Shown in pieces: positions 51,445 through 64,000 of a stretch of 64,000 nucleotides of DNA. Source of the stretch: Octopus bimaculoides (lineage: Eukaryota); assembly GCF_001194135.2 (NCBI RefSeq), contig NC_068984.1, positions 92,424,064-92,488,063 of the forward strand, given 5' to 3'. The notes beneath the pieces were generated by a model, which saw nothing but the letters and a program-made list of their open reading frames with translations, ran no database searches and had not been told where the DNA came from. The translations under genes and the position numbers were made by a program. The first letter of the stretch is position 1. Each line of letters begins with the position of its first letter.

Positions 51445-52006
51445 TTAATGATTTTGCAGAATATCATTCTATTACTTTAGTGACATTTACCATGACAAAT
51501 GAAAATATACAATAAAGTAAGTCAACAATTTGGTGTCAATTACTTATTCTTGTCATTCAACTTATCACTTCACCACCTTAAGAAAACTAAAGTTTTATAT
51601 TCAGTTATGAAGATAATTATATTTTTCATTCATAATGAATGATATCAAACACAGAGAGGAAAGCTTTCCCACACACGCCCAAGGCATTTTTGTATTTTGC
51701 TCTCAGAAGCAGTTTCCATCTGGTGTGACTTAATTTCGATGCAGCGGTACGTGACTGTGCATTTTAAGATATTCTTAATCACATCAGATGGAGGGTTTAG
51801 AGCTACCCTTCTCCCATTCCTTTTACAATTTTTCTGGCCATTTTTCAGATCTTCTTATCTATGTGGAAATCTTCCAAATTTCTCACCACAATCGCAAAAG
51901 AAACCTTCTTTGCAGAGGAGGTGGTTGTGGCAGCAATGGAAGTGGTAATATTCACATTTCTAAATTTCACTTTGTTAGTATTGTTGTTGCTATTGTTTAT
52001 ATTGTT

Positions 52007-52048
<42 letters not shown>

Positions 52049-52061
52049 TTTTTTTAAATTT

Positions 52062-52455
52062 TTCTTTCACTTGTTTCAGTCATTTGACAGCAGCCATGCT
52101 GGATAACTACCTTTAAGCGGACAAGTCAACCCCAGGACTTATTCTTTGTAAGCCTAGTACTTATTCCATCAGTCTCTTATGCCAAACCGCTAAGTTACGG
52201 GAACATAAACATACCAACATCAATTGTCAAGCGGTGGAGGTACAGACACACAAATACATACATACATATATATATATAGATGTATATATATATATATATA
52301 TGACAGGCTTCTTTCAGTTTCCATCTACCAAATCCACTCACAAGGCTTTGGTCGGCCCGAGGCTATAGTAGAAGACACTTGCCCAAGGTGCCACTCAGTG
52401 GGACTGAACCCGGAACCATGTGGTTGGTAAGCAAGCTACTTACCACACAGCCCTC
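52062..52455 (-). mobile_element. Near-full-length tRNA-derived SINE
   Basis: Reverse complement of 57056-57465. Confidence 0.9.
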
Positions 52456-53055
52456 ATTACATCCTACCATTATTGCTTCTTTTCATTATTCCTTCAAGTA
52501 TTGTCACTCCTATTTTACCATTTTATTCTATACTGTCACTCAAATCACAATATTTCTTCTTCATACTCACACTTCTTTTTCTTTCTCATCCAAGTTTATC
52601 TTCTGCAATCACTCTTTCTTCTAACCACTTTATTGGTCACATAACTCTGAACAGAGAAGCATGTCATTCAGCAGGGTAGTAGGCTGCTTCATTAATGCTG
52701 GTGCCACAATAAAAGATACACAATACATTCCAATAAAGTTGTTGAATGAAAGGAGACAACATAGGAGTGATAAAACTCTTTGTCTAGTCTTGTGAAGGAC
52801 ATGACAACCTCTGTAATGCCAGTGCTACAACATAATGCATCCAGTATACTCTCTAAAATGATTGCTGTTAGGAAGGGTATCAAAGTGTAGAAACCATGCA
52901 AAAAAATTTTTAAATATAAGCAAGATGAGCCAGACACCGTCCACTTACCCATCTAAGAGGACAATAACTCTGAATAAGAACTGTAATAACCCATCTGTAA
53001 TAACCCATGCAGTGTAGAAAGCAGATATAAAGCTATGGCAGTGATGATAAACTCA

Positions 53056-53098
<43 letters not shown>

Positions 53099-53392
53099 GT
53101 GTGCACACACCACCAAGTTACAGTGTACTTGTGAAAGCTGATCAAGATTAATTATTAACATTAATATATATGCCATATATATAATTTAAAGTAAAAAGAA
53201 ACTGTTTTTAGATTTTAAAAAATCATTTTATCCTAAAAGTTACATTTACATAAAGTATACCACATAATCAACTCTGTGTTATAATTACAAATAGTACAGT
53301 ACAAACATTGTTAGAAATACATTATTAAAAATAATTAATATCAGCAACAGAAGCAGAAATAATTATATCCTAAACAATTGCAAAAAGATTTA

Positions 53393-53527
<135 letters not shown>

Positions 53528-53563
53528 TCATATTTTGTCATTCTTTGTAACAATGCATGATAG

Positions 53564-54898
53564 TTACTTAATATTCTTCTAATATAATACCTAATTTCAG
53601 CTATTATTTTAACATATTCAGTCCTATCTATAGTTATAAACTATGGTTACAATTTTTTTTTAAATAGTCATAATTTTTAAATGACATCAACTCCCATTAA
53701 TATATCACTTAAGTTTAATAAATAGATATTTATGTTTACATTAAAAACTTATTCATTCCCCAAATTAATAAGGTTTCCTTTGCTTTTCATTATTTTATGA
53801 TTTTCTTCTAAGCATCTGCAGAATTTATTATTAATTTTGTAACTAGGTGCATGTGCTAAAATTTTCCATTTAGTTAACTTTATTTCTTTTCAGTTGCCAT
53901 ATTTTTCTTGATAATCCTGTACTATTCATTTTATTTTAGTCCCTAAATGTCGATTCATGATACGCTATTCTGAATTTAACCCAGTCCTCTGTTGACCCAG
54001 TATAGAAAAATTTACTCATGTCTTGTGCAGTTATTGTCACTTGGTATATAAAGCTTTTTCTTATGCAACGCCTGTCTAACTTACATCTTTCAGGGTCTCT
54101 ACAATTACAGTTTTTATTTTGCAAGGAATTTGTAATATTCTCTTTTGTAGATTCATTATAGGTCTGTATAGGTATTTTTATAGCCAACCATATTATTCTT
54201 ACTATTTTCTTCTATCTTTTTGTTATAAGTTTTACTATCCTTTTCTGGGTTTTTTTTTTTTTTTTCATAGAATTTATCCAGTTTTCTGTTATTTATCGAT
54301 GATATTATCCTAAATAGGTTTAGAGAAACAGAGAAGCCAAATCTTATATATTTGCCATTAAATATTTTCCATATCTAGTGTTTTTAAAGTTTTTATTTAT
54401 AATCTACCTAATAGATTTAACAAAATTGGCCTTTAATTGTTTAGCAAAGGGAATTATGGTCCATATAGTTTTGTCTGAGTCTTCCTTATTCCTATATTCA
54501 TTTTTGTCCCAATATAGTTTTTATTCACACATGGTATGAGTTTTTTCCTAACTATCTTTTTATTACTTGTACTCTCCTCAATTATATTTTTCTTTTTACT
54601 TATCTTATTCTTGCTATTCTTATTCTTTATTACAAGGTTAAAATAATTATTATTTATCCAAATGTTATTTTTCAGTTTCCGACCACCTATATTATTAGCA
54701 TTATTTCTCTCTCCATTGATTGTTTAATTCTAATTTTACAATTATCTTGTTTAACATATTTATTGTTATTATTATTATTATTATTATGAATTTTCATTTT
54801 TACATTAAATTATAACCATAGTTTATAACTATACATAGGACTGAATATATTAAAATAACAGCTGAAATTAGGCATTATAATAGAAGAATATTAAGTAA
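53564..54898 (-). mobile_element. Penelope-like element fragment (linker plus GIY-YIG) bracketed by about 92-bp inverted repeats
   Basis: CNCRDPERCKLDRRCIRKSFIYQVTI..FYTGSTED..RIAYHESTF; TIW.IPF and GLSRKIWQLK motifs; inverted repeats 53564-53655 and 54807-54898. Confidence 0.8.
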
Positions 54899-55269
54899 AT
54901 AAAAATAATATAACAGTCAAATAGCCAGAAAAATGTAATAGAATTTTAACCGATCAAAATTGATTATAACTATGTGCATTTATAAGAACATACTGGATAT
55001 GAGAAAGTATGTTTATGTATGAAATGCTTATGTATGAAATGCTAATATGTATACAGCCAGATAAACATGAGTATATATGGATTCAGGTGTATATGTTTGC
55101 CTGGATGTGAACATATTGCTGTGTTTATATATGTATATCTTTATTATATATATGTAATTTTTCATATTTGTATAAAAAAATTTTGTGTACATGAATAAGT
55201 AGGAATATAGGTACTTTCAATAAGTAAAAAGTGTATTTCTACATAGAAAATATATTATATATATTCTAT

Positions 55270-55480
55270 TCTTTTATTCTTTTACTTAGTTCAGTCATTT
55301 TACTGTACCCATGCTGGAGCACCACCTTTCGTCAAGCAAATCACCCTCAAGACTTATTCTTTGTAAGCCTAGTACTGATTCTATTGGTCTCTTTTGCCGA
55401 ACCGCTAAGTTATGAGAACGTAAACACACCAGCATCGGTTGTCAAGCAACGTTGGGGGCGGGGCAAACACAGACACACAA

Positions 55481-55545
<65 letters not shown>

Positions 55546-55694
55546 AGGCTTCTTTCAGTTTCCATTTACCAAATCCACTCACAAGGCTTTGATTAGCCTG
55601 AGACTATAGTAGAAGACGCACTACGCAGTAGGACTGAACTCGGAACCATTTGGTTGGTAAGCAAGCTACTTATCACACACTCACTCCTGCACCT
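55270..55694 (-). mobile_element. Near-full-length tRNA-derived SINE with expanded (CA)n
   Basis: Reverse complement of 57056-57465. Confidence 0.9.
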
Positions 55695-57055
55695 ATACAT
55701 ATATATAAATTTTAGTATAATATAAATATATGAATTCTATTTTTCAGGGGTTATTTAATATATCCAATTATATAAAGGAAGGTATGAGGAAATAACCAAT
55801 ATTTTAGTATCAAAGTAGTTTAAATTGAGAAACATATATTGAATAAAGTAATCCTCTCTATTTTGATTATGATTTTTGGATATGTAGTATATTAATTTAC
55901 ATTATGTTGATGTTATACATCTATTCCTTATGCTGTATTGCATAACAGAATTATAAACCATATTATGTAAGATAGATGTATATATGTGTATGTATATTTG
56001 TTATGGATAGGTGTACACATGCTTCATGTGGTAATATAAAGCATACATATCATTGAGACAGACAGAATACCTAACTCCAAATCCCAGTATGCTTATATAC
56101 TAAGAAATTACTGCTGATCAATAAGTACATGTGTACATGAGCAAAAAATATGTGAACAAATATGTAGGTATGAGCATGTGTATATATATGTGTATAATAT
56201 AAAAATATATAACATATGTGGATACATAAGATGAAAAAAATATATATGTATATTGAAATATAAGTATAATAATAATAATAATATATATGTGGGAGTGTAT
56301 ATGTTTGTATGTATATACATGTGTATATATTGATTAAACTAGTATCTTTACTTAGATTTTTATAGATATTTAAGAGTCATATTTAGAACTATGAAATAAC
56401 AAAATATTCTATAAGAATGTTGTTGTTGTTTGTTCCCTCTCAAGCCATGCCTGGTTCATAAGGGCTGGTTTCCAGGTTTCATTGGCATATAGGTTTCCCA
56501 CCTGGACAGGACACCAGTGTTATTGTTTTGTGACTTTACCCCTAATTGTAGTGTGATCGTGTATGTGTGTATACATACATACAAATATTTATTTATATTC
56601 GCATATAAACTTCTTGATAATTTATTTAGTCTTTGTATTATTTATATACACTCCATTCAAATAAGTATATACAGATATGTGAGTATGTATGTATGTGTGC
56701 ATGTATATAAACATATGAATGTACATGTATGTGTATGTATATATATACTCATGCCTAATTCATTTGACCGGTTAATGGTTGTCCAACCGTAGCTAAGCCA
56801 AGACAGTTTAAAACAATACATGACCAATTGGATGAGGGGACTGAAAAGCAAAAATTACCCCTCCCCACTACCAGCAGGATTCTAACTTCTCCATAAGCAG
56901 AAAAATAACAGAGTAACTCATTGCAGGTTTGCAGAAGTCTGGACATTATTGTAACAATTCTCACGAAATATTTTTACATAAATTCCTCCATCACAAACAG
57001 GACTGACACGTACATACTCCATAGGTTTCAGATATAAAAAAAATATATATATATA

Positions 57056-57465
57056 GGCGCAGGAGTGGCTGTGTGGTAAGTAGCTTGCTTACCAACCACA
57101 CAGTTCCGGGTTCATTCCCACTGCGTGGCACCTTGGGCAATGTCTTCTACTATAGCCTCGGGTCAACCAAAGCCTTGTGAGTGGATTTGGTAGACAGAAA
57201 CTGAAAGAAGCCTGTCGTATATATGTATATATATATATGTATGTGTGTGTATGTGTTCATGTGTCTGTGTTTGTCCCCCCAACATCACTTGACAACCGAT
57301 GGTGGTGTGTTTACGTCCCCATAACTTAGCGGTTCAGCAAAAGAGACCAATAGAATAAGTACTAGGCATCCAAAGAATAAGTCCTGGGGCCGATTTTCTC
57401 GACTAAAGGTGGTGCTCCAGCATGGCCGCAGTCAAATGACTGAAACAAGTAAAAGAGTAAAAGAG
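57056..57465 (+). mobile_element. Full-length tRNA-derived SINE (dominant family in the window)
   Basis: A-box-like tggctgtgtgg, B-box-like ggttcattccc, central TA/TG microsatellite, (taaaagag) tail, inserted in (TA)n. Confidence 0.92.
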
Positions 57466-57851
57466 TATATATAGGTCTGGACATTTTGTTGGAAATATAG
57501 CAATAGGAATCAAGGCACCATTCCTCCTTTCCAAACGCAACTAATGCCTATGTACCAGGGAACAAACATGTATGTACGGGAATGCTTATGTATACATATG
57601 TGTATGTATGTATGTATGTGTGTGTGTGGGTATATATGTGTCCTCCTCATGTATAATAACAATAATAATTGACTCATTGGTGTGCATGTATAGACATTTA
57701 TGTATGTACATTTAAATGTACATATATGTATTCATGTATTTATGTTTATTTATGTATATCTATATGTTAAACTACGCATATATATGTGAGTCTTTATGAT
57801 TTTTTATATGTTTATATTTGTATGTTGTAAATTAACTTCATGAACTTTATA

Positions 57852-58168
57852 AAATCTCTGAAGAGGCCTAGAGAATCATTCATGTACCTCTATTTCATCC
57901 ATTTCATCTATCAATTACTTCAGCCTACTGGAGTTATATAGATAGAATGAGGCATGTCACCTCTAGACTGAAACAACTGTAAAACATTGTCCCATCTTCA
58001 GTCACTAGATGTCCTTTTTAATTACTGATATGACATAATATGTCACATGTGTTTGCATATTGTTTTTATTGTCCTCTTAATTAAAAGATAAACAGGTAAA
58101 TTGATATAATACAATGTCTGCAAGTTGATGAATACCACATATTCTCCTCCATTTTCTTACTGCTATAT
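57852..58168 (+). mobile_element. HHR-bearing repeat with a long loop II
   Basis: aatct-ctgaaga-ggcctagag-[87 nt]-ctctagact-gaaa-caactg-ta; downstream block shared with 22046-22105. Confidence 0.65.
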
Positions 58169-58319
58169 AAATTTAGGGTAAAATTTCTTTTTACCCGCAA
58201 ACAATTATTGCACTTGGAAAAAACACTAGTGTAATAATAATTGAGTATCCTTCCGACACAGTATATTGGATAGATATTATCCCTTAGTGGGTTGGATTCA
58301 CAACCCCTAACTTTCTTGG

Positions 58320-58358
<39 letters not shown>

Positions 58359-58454
58359 TAACAGTATTAGGGAAAAAATTCCAAATTTACAGGGAAAAAT
58401 TCAATTTAATATATCAAAATTAAATTAAATTTCACAATATATAATATACAAATG

Positions 58455-58778
58455 TATAATTTAGAGACAAAAACCACAATTATTTAATTGACCCATGAAA
58501 ATCCACAATCACATATAGAAAAATTTAATATTTTTGAATAGAATTGATTTTCGATTGATTTATTTTGAATTGATTTGATTTTTATTTTATTTTCTATTTG
58601 AAAATATGGTTATGAAACACATGCAGTCATTTTTACTATTTTAATATTTACTACTTTGTACTTTTTTGATTTTTATTATAGGTCTTCTTAGTGTATTTAC
58701 TTATTAAATTTTTCTATGTGTGATTGTGGATTTTCATGGATGAATTAAATAATTGTGGGTTTTTTTCTCTAAATTATA
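58455..58778. repeat. About 76-bp AT-rich inverted repeat pair
   Basis: tataatttagagacaaaaaccacaattatttaattgacccatgaaaatccacaatcacatatagaaaaatttaata (58455-58530) mirrored at 58702-58778. Confidence 0.8.
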
Positions 58779-58944
58779 TATATATACATATTACATACAT
58801 ATAAGAGGAATGACCTGGGATACAAGCTACAGTAGCATTTACCCTTAATGGTTAGCCGCATTTAGGTGGCAAAGATACTTCACGTTGTTGTGCAGCTACT
58901 GTTTATACCTCGTTCAGTAAGAGTTTTAGATGGAAAAATAGGAG

Positions 58945-60135
58945 TGGAAATGACATTTCAAGCATGGCTTTTTGTTGGAAAGAGGAAGAAGTCTAGAGGG
59001 GAGTAAAAGGAGGAAGAAACAGATGGTCTGGAGAAATGTGTTGTTACATGGTTAAAAAATAACTGACCAGAAGTGGAGAGAGAGAGAGAGATAAAGTGGT
59101 TTTTGAAGGCAGGAGAGAGCAAAAATGGCCAGTGTGTGTGTTTGTGGAGTGTACATCTGTATATATGTTCTTTGTGTGTGTGTGGGTGTGTGGGTGTGTG
59201 TGCATGTGTGTGTAGGTGGTAAGTAGAGTGTCTGTATATTAGGGAGTGCAACATGGGATGATAGTATATGTGTTTATGTTTATATGAGTGTGTATGTAAG
59301 AAAGTCAATCTAACAGATTAGTAGCAGTAGGGTTTAGCAGTTGAAGATAGGTAATGTGTTGTGTGTGTGTGTGTGTGTCCCTGTGTGTATGCATGAGTGT
59401 ATGTGAGTGCATGTGCATGGGTGTGTGTGTGTGTGCATGTATGTGTTCGCGTGTAAGTGTTTGTATATGGGTGTGTGTGGAGTTTTGTATGTGTGTATGC
59501 AGTAGAAAAGTTGTGTGGGTGGGGGTGTAAGTTATGTATGTGGGTGTGGGTGGAAGATAAATGGAGAGAGAAAAGGCAGGGAAACAGCTGAGGAAAAAAG
59601 AATGAGAGGGAAAAGAAAGTTGGAAGCAGTTACATGAACAAGGGTCAGTAGGATTATGTCCAAACAATGTGTGAGTTTGTAATGTGAAAATGTACTGTTG
59701 TAACTGTCAAAGTTTAGTGGTGGTAGTTCCATGGTTCTAAGGCCAAGCCAAAGACAAATGAGGTGTTTGGTAGAGTGGTTGGCTGAGCAGAAGCGATGGG
59801 AGACAGGGGTATATTTTTAGAGACAGGGGTATATTTTTAGAGGCAGATATCTGGGGTCTGGAGAAAGGGAAGGATCCAGGACAAGTGGGAGTAGGGAAAG
59901 GGGGGAACCACAGACCATAGGTCACATAGGTTTTAGGTGCATCTGGAGGAAAAAGGTGGGTTGGAGAAAACAGGTAAAGTCATGGAACTAGATAGAAGTT
60001 GGAAGGTCCATAGGATTTTCCAACAAAGGGGTAGAGTAGAGGGATGGAAAAAGAGGAGAAAGGGGATGCAGTTGGGAGACAGGTGTGGAGGAGAGTGGGC
60101 TGAGGTGCAATAAACTTGGTGGCATGGACAAAGGT
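58945..60135 (-). mobile_element. Decayed Penelope-like element with pyrimidine/CA-rich 3' region and a fossil HHR
   Basis: IPFLLFFHP..PVFSNPP..NLCDL..PGSFPFSRP resembles the PLE linker PLVLTYHP..IF..PP..NLRD.LV..PGT.PC.RPRC; FVFGLALEPWNY resembles FxLGTLxPxGxN. Confidence 0.55.
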
Positions 60136-60619
60136 ATCCACAACAAATAAGCAGATGAGCCAAGTACTGAGACTGAGACACACACATATATCAAAAAGAG
60201 GCACAGTAAAGTGCAACACACAAACAAAATCAGGCTCGATAGTAGGCTCCACAATCCACTCTAGTATCCAATATAATAAAAACATAGGGCACCAAAGAAC
60301 AGCTGTCATGTCTAAGGGTGATGTGGATTCAAGTTCCATGGATAGCCTTCAACTTTTTCTATCCAAAACAGTTTTTCAACCCAACATTTACATGCTACTA
60401 TTCCAACACACGATTATTTCACATTCTCTCAAAAATTTATAAATTCTAATGAGATCAACAAAATACAATTCTTTATGGTAAGAATAAAGTTTCTAAAACA
60501 GATAAATTCAAAGGATTGCTTGATCCCATGATAGAATGCCTGTCATGTCTACAGATGTGGGTCTAAGTTCCACAATTGTTATGCTAATAGCTATTGAGCC
60601 AGAAGTACATGTCCACAAC

Positions 60620-60800
60620 TGTCCTTCTATCTCTAGACAATAAGCCTTGGCTGGTAGACAACTTCAGTCTTTAATGATGATAATAAGATCAAAAGCTTTA
60701 CTCATATTAGAGAAATTATTAACAAGCTTCTGTGCTTCTTTGATAGATGCTGCAACAAGTCCAGCATCATCAGCAAACAGGAAGTTACATAGTGTTGCCA
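60620..60800 (-). mobile_element. RTE RT fragment
   Basis: NFLFADDAGLVAASIKEAQKLVNNFSNMSKAFDL. Confidence 0.75.
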
Positions 60801-61124
60801 TTCAGTTAATTGCTTTGGTTTTGAAGTACTGGTGATTGAAGAAGCTGCCACTGATCCAGAATTTGAATTGTATATTGACAAAGAAAAGAGAAAATTGTTT
60901 TATTTTAGCTGTAAAATTCTTGATTCAAATTATTATAGAACAAGTCCAATTATACCAAACCTTATTTCATTAGGGACAAGTTGTAACAGATCAGAAATAT
61001 ATGATTCTTGTAAAAAATATTTTATTGTTCCAAAAGTGAAATGAAAAACTTATCTCACTAAGGTCAAATTCTGTTCTGTGTAACCAAATCCAATTAGTAA
61101 ATCTTAAGCCATAAAGGTTACTGC

Positions 61125-61161
<37 letters not shown>

Positions 61162-61762
61162 TTTTGTGATCAAAGTCACAAAATATCATACCATAAGCCA
61201 AGCAAATAATTATTTCATGACAAAGAATAAGTTATCTTATTTCTACTTAATGGAAGCTAACTTTGACTACTCCACATTAATGACTCTACAGCACAAAAAT
61301 GTCTCAGAAAATTTATCTCCCAACAAAATAAATGCAGCAAAAGAGCAGTAGACTGAAAAAGAAGTCTTTAGAAAGACTTAAGTAGCAAATTAAAAAATAT
61401 AAAATAGCAACAATAGAAAATATGTTACAACTGAAACCTAACATACTTATGTAAGAACTTTAGGAGACAAAAAGACACTACATGAAGTCCTGACCAAATT
61501 GAAAACAATTATAATAGAATATTAAGACATATTGATATTGCAGAATGCAACTGAAATAAAAAGGCAGATAAGGTGTGGGAGAAAATGATTCAGAAAATAA
61601 ATGTATAATAGAAACAACAATTCTATTATGGCCACATAACAACCAAAGCTAAATGAGAAAAATCTGTTAGTTGAAAAGAAATCTAAGACAAAGATAAAAT
61701 ATAGCTCTAAAAAATGAATAAATTAGATTCTATAGGATAAAATCTCAGATCAAATGACTTAC

Positions 61763-61872
61763 CTCACATTTCCACTTGATGCATTACCCTGAGCAGTATC
61801 CTTTTTCTCATAATACTGAGCATAGTTATTTATCCCACGATAGAGCTTGTCATCTTCTTTACCTTTTAATCC
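61763..61872 (-). CDS. RNF113A: RNF113A/CWC24 coding exon, first in window ([36 protein letters not shown])
   Basis: Acceptor ctgtag| and donor |gtaagt; 110 nt, phase 0 to 2; contains the conserved YRGxNNY motif of RNF113/Cwc24; joins the next exon in frame. Confidence 0.93.
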
Positions 61873-63859
61873 CTACAGAATAATAAAAGGAAAACAAGTT
61901 CAACATTTAGCATTGTCAGCTCATTCAAACATACATTCATACACATACAAATGTACATTAGTAACTGACTAGAAGAATGAGTACCCAACATCTGAAAGGT
62001 GAACAAACAATTGATGACTTTCAAACTTAATGTTTTATGTGATCCCATTTCACTCATAAATCCTGGCTTTAAAAAAATTATGATCACTGTCTGCAGTAAA
62101 TATTTGGTATAAGAGAAGTAACCTCTTAATCTCCAAATTAAACATAAATGACTGGATAGAACACCACAACAAATTTTTGTGCTTCTAAAGTGTTACTAAC
62201 TCAGTTTCCACTAAAAGCCTGAGCTATGGGCTTATGTACCAGAGATAAAAAGGAAAGAAGTATGGTTAGAGAAGAGAAAAAAAATACTAAATAAAATCAT
62301 CCTACAAATGAAGGCAGCCTCTAATCTCACTGAATGGATATATGGCAATGCCACCACAGCATAGTTTAACCTTTTCAATACCAACCCACTTGAGATCACC
62401 TCTGGTTCTCTGATACATACTTCTGGTTTTGAAGTGATTTAAATTAACATTTTCCATCAACATTTTGTCTTAATTTATGTCTCAACTAACAAATAATTAA
62501 TGAAAAAATTATTTTCCTAAATTCTTCATTATTTTCAAAACTAACTAAAACACCTACAGTGTATTTCAACAGAAATATGGTAACAAGAGGGTTGAGCATG
62601 TAAATGACAAACTCAATGGAAAGTTTATACAGTTTATACAGAGTATTACTAGGTATCACTATAGTGTGCTGTAGAAGGGTGACAAGCACAGTTTGACCAT
62701 GCAAAAACACACTTTTTGCTTGATCATTTATATGTTGTTAAAATACATTTTTTATGCAGAAAATTATATTATCTTTTGAGAGTTTTAGATGTGAACTTTC
62801 TTCTCATGTAGTTTTGATCAAAACCCAACACTTACCATGCCAGGATTCCTCAATCACCCTGGTATTTCCATAAAATTTGTCCTGTTTTTTTTTTTTTTAC
62901 TACTGTACAGTAGCCCTCATTTTAGTTCAATGTGCTGGAGCACTTTAACTCAATTTGTGTTGAAACTCATACAGTCATGAAGAGGATTTTTATTCATTTA
63001 TTTTTGATATAAAAATTGATAGGGGTAGGTCAGGTAATCATTATGAAATAGAAAAGCTAAAATAATATCATTAATTTTCACTTAGAAAAGAACATATCTT
63101 CCTCAAGATTTTTTATACCTTAAGAAAGAAATATTTCTCATGCATTCAATACAGTCATTGCCAAAATCTGGCTATGATACACCGAAAAAGCACAAAGTCA
63201 ATAAAGAGGGTGGCTCTGTAATGCTACTTGTCAAACAGATGTATTCCTGTGTGATGAGAGGTCAAACAGAACATGAATTTAAGGCTTCAAATATCAAGTT
63301 TGAGCCATAATTTCAAGAAATAGTCAAACTAATTACTAAGTAAACTTATATTTCTATGAAAAAATGTACAAGATATGTCTTCTAGAGCCTAAAATTAGCA
63401 CAGAACTGTCACATTGAGAATGTTGTTTATTACCTCCCATTGTTTTAAAGTGTGGAGAGCAATGTCTGGATTTTACCTAGCATATATTCTTGTACATGTA
63501 AATTTCATTTTCTTTGATCAAATTTCACCCATAAAAATTATATTGTATAATGAATATTATAATGGAATAATTACTATGAAGCATTGTGTAGAATATATTG
63601 TACAAAAGATCGTGGGTAAGGCCAAAGCAATGTGAAGTAAATGCAAGGTAAATCACATTGGCAACATTCGTCAATTTCTTGAAAATGGGGTCATAACCCT
63701 GAAATATTGAAGACAAGGTAGGTCTACATTAATTCGCATATTTAGTTTCTTGTGATTTACCTTGCATTTACTTCACACTGTTTTGGCCTTATCCACAATC
63801 TTTTATACAATATGAATATTATTTTGTAGACTATTAAAGGCCGATATGATGTTTTTTCT

Positions 63860-64000
63860 TTTCCAGTTTGGCCTTGGAGAGCAATCTATGACTGGGGAGC
63901 TTTCAAGGAAGATGATAAGTTACAGGAGAGGTACACAGTAGAGGTGAGGAACAGGTTCAATGCTCTGGGTGGAGAGGCAGAGGTGAGAGAGATTGGAGGG
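63860..64000 (+). mobile_element. RTE LINE fragment running off the window
   Basis: DWGAFKEDDKLQERYTVEVRNRFNALG, an RTE EN-RT linker motif. Confidence 0.65.

Noticed and set aside
61873-64000. Further upstream RNF113A exons
   Set aside because: No sequence matching the N-terminal Cwc24 region was found; these exons are presumably beyond the window.

Overview
AT-rich, microsatellite- and transposon-dense animal DNA. The repeat content suggests a coleoid cephalopod, most likely an Octopus draft scaffold (inference), and there are 8 N-gaps. One host gene is recognisable. The 3' part of an RNF113A/CWC24 orthologue (CCCH zinc finger plus RING; spliceosome and alkylation-repair E3) lies on the minus strand. 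Its six in-phase coding exons run from 61872 to 31361 and are missed by the ORF track. The rest is mostly decayed mobile DNA: Tc1/mariner relics, RTE and CR1-like LINEs, three Penelope-like (PLE) relics, two Gypsy-type LTR relics, a 4.3-kb Helitron, a hAT relic and tRNA-derived SINEs. The most interesting signal is non-coding: about seven minimal type I hammerhead-ribozyme (HHR) motifs from at least five sequence families, most with a palindromic stem III suggesting dimeric cleavage. Two belong to a composite element (tRNA-like Pol III head, (AAT)n, HHR-bearing PLE-like tail, inverted HHR copy, 11-bp TSD) that looks like a PLE-mobilised SINE. Another sits sense-strand in the last RNF113A intron. 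All structures were read by eye; no folding or database search was run.
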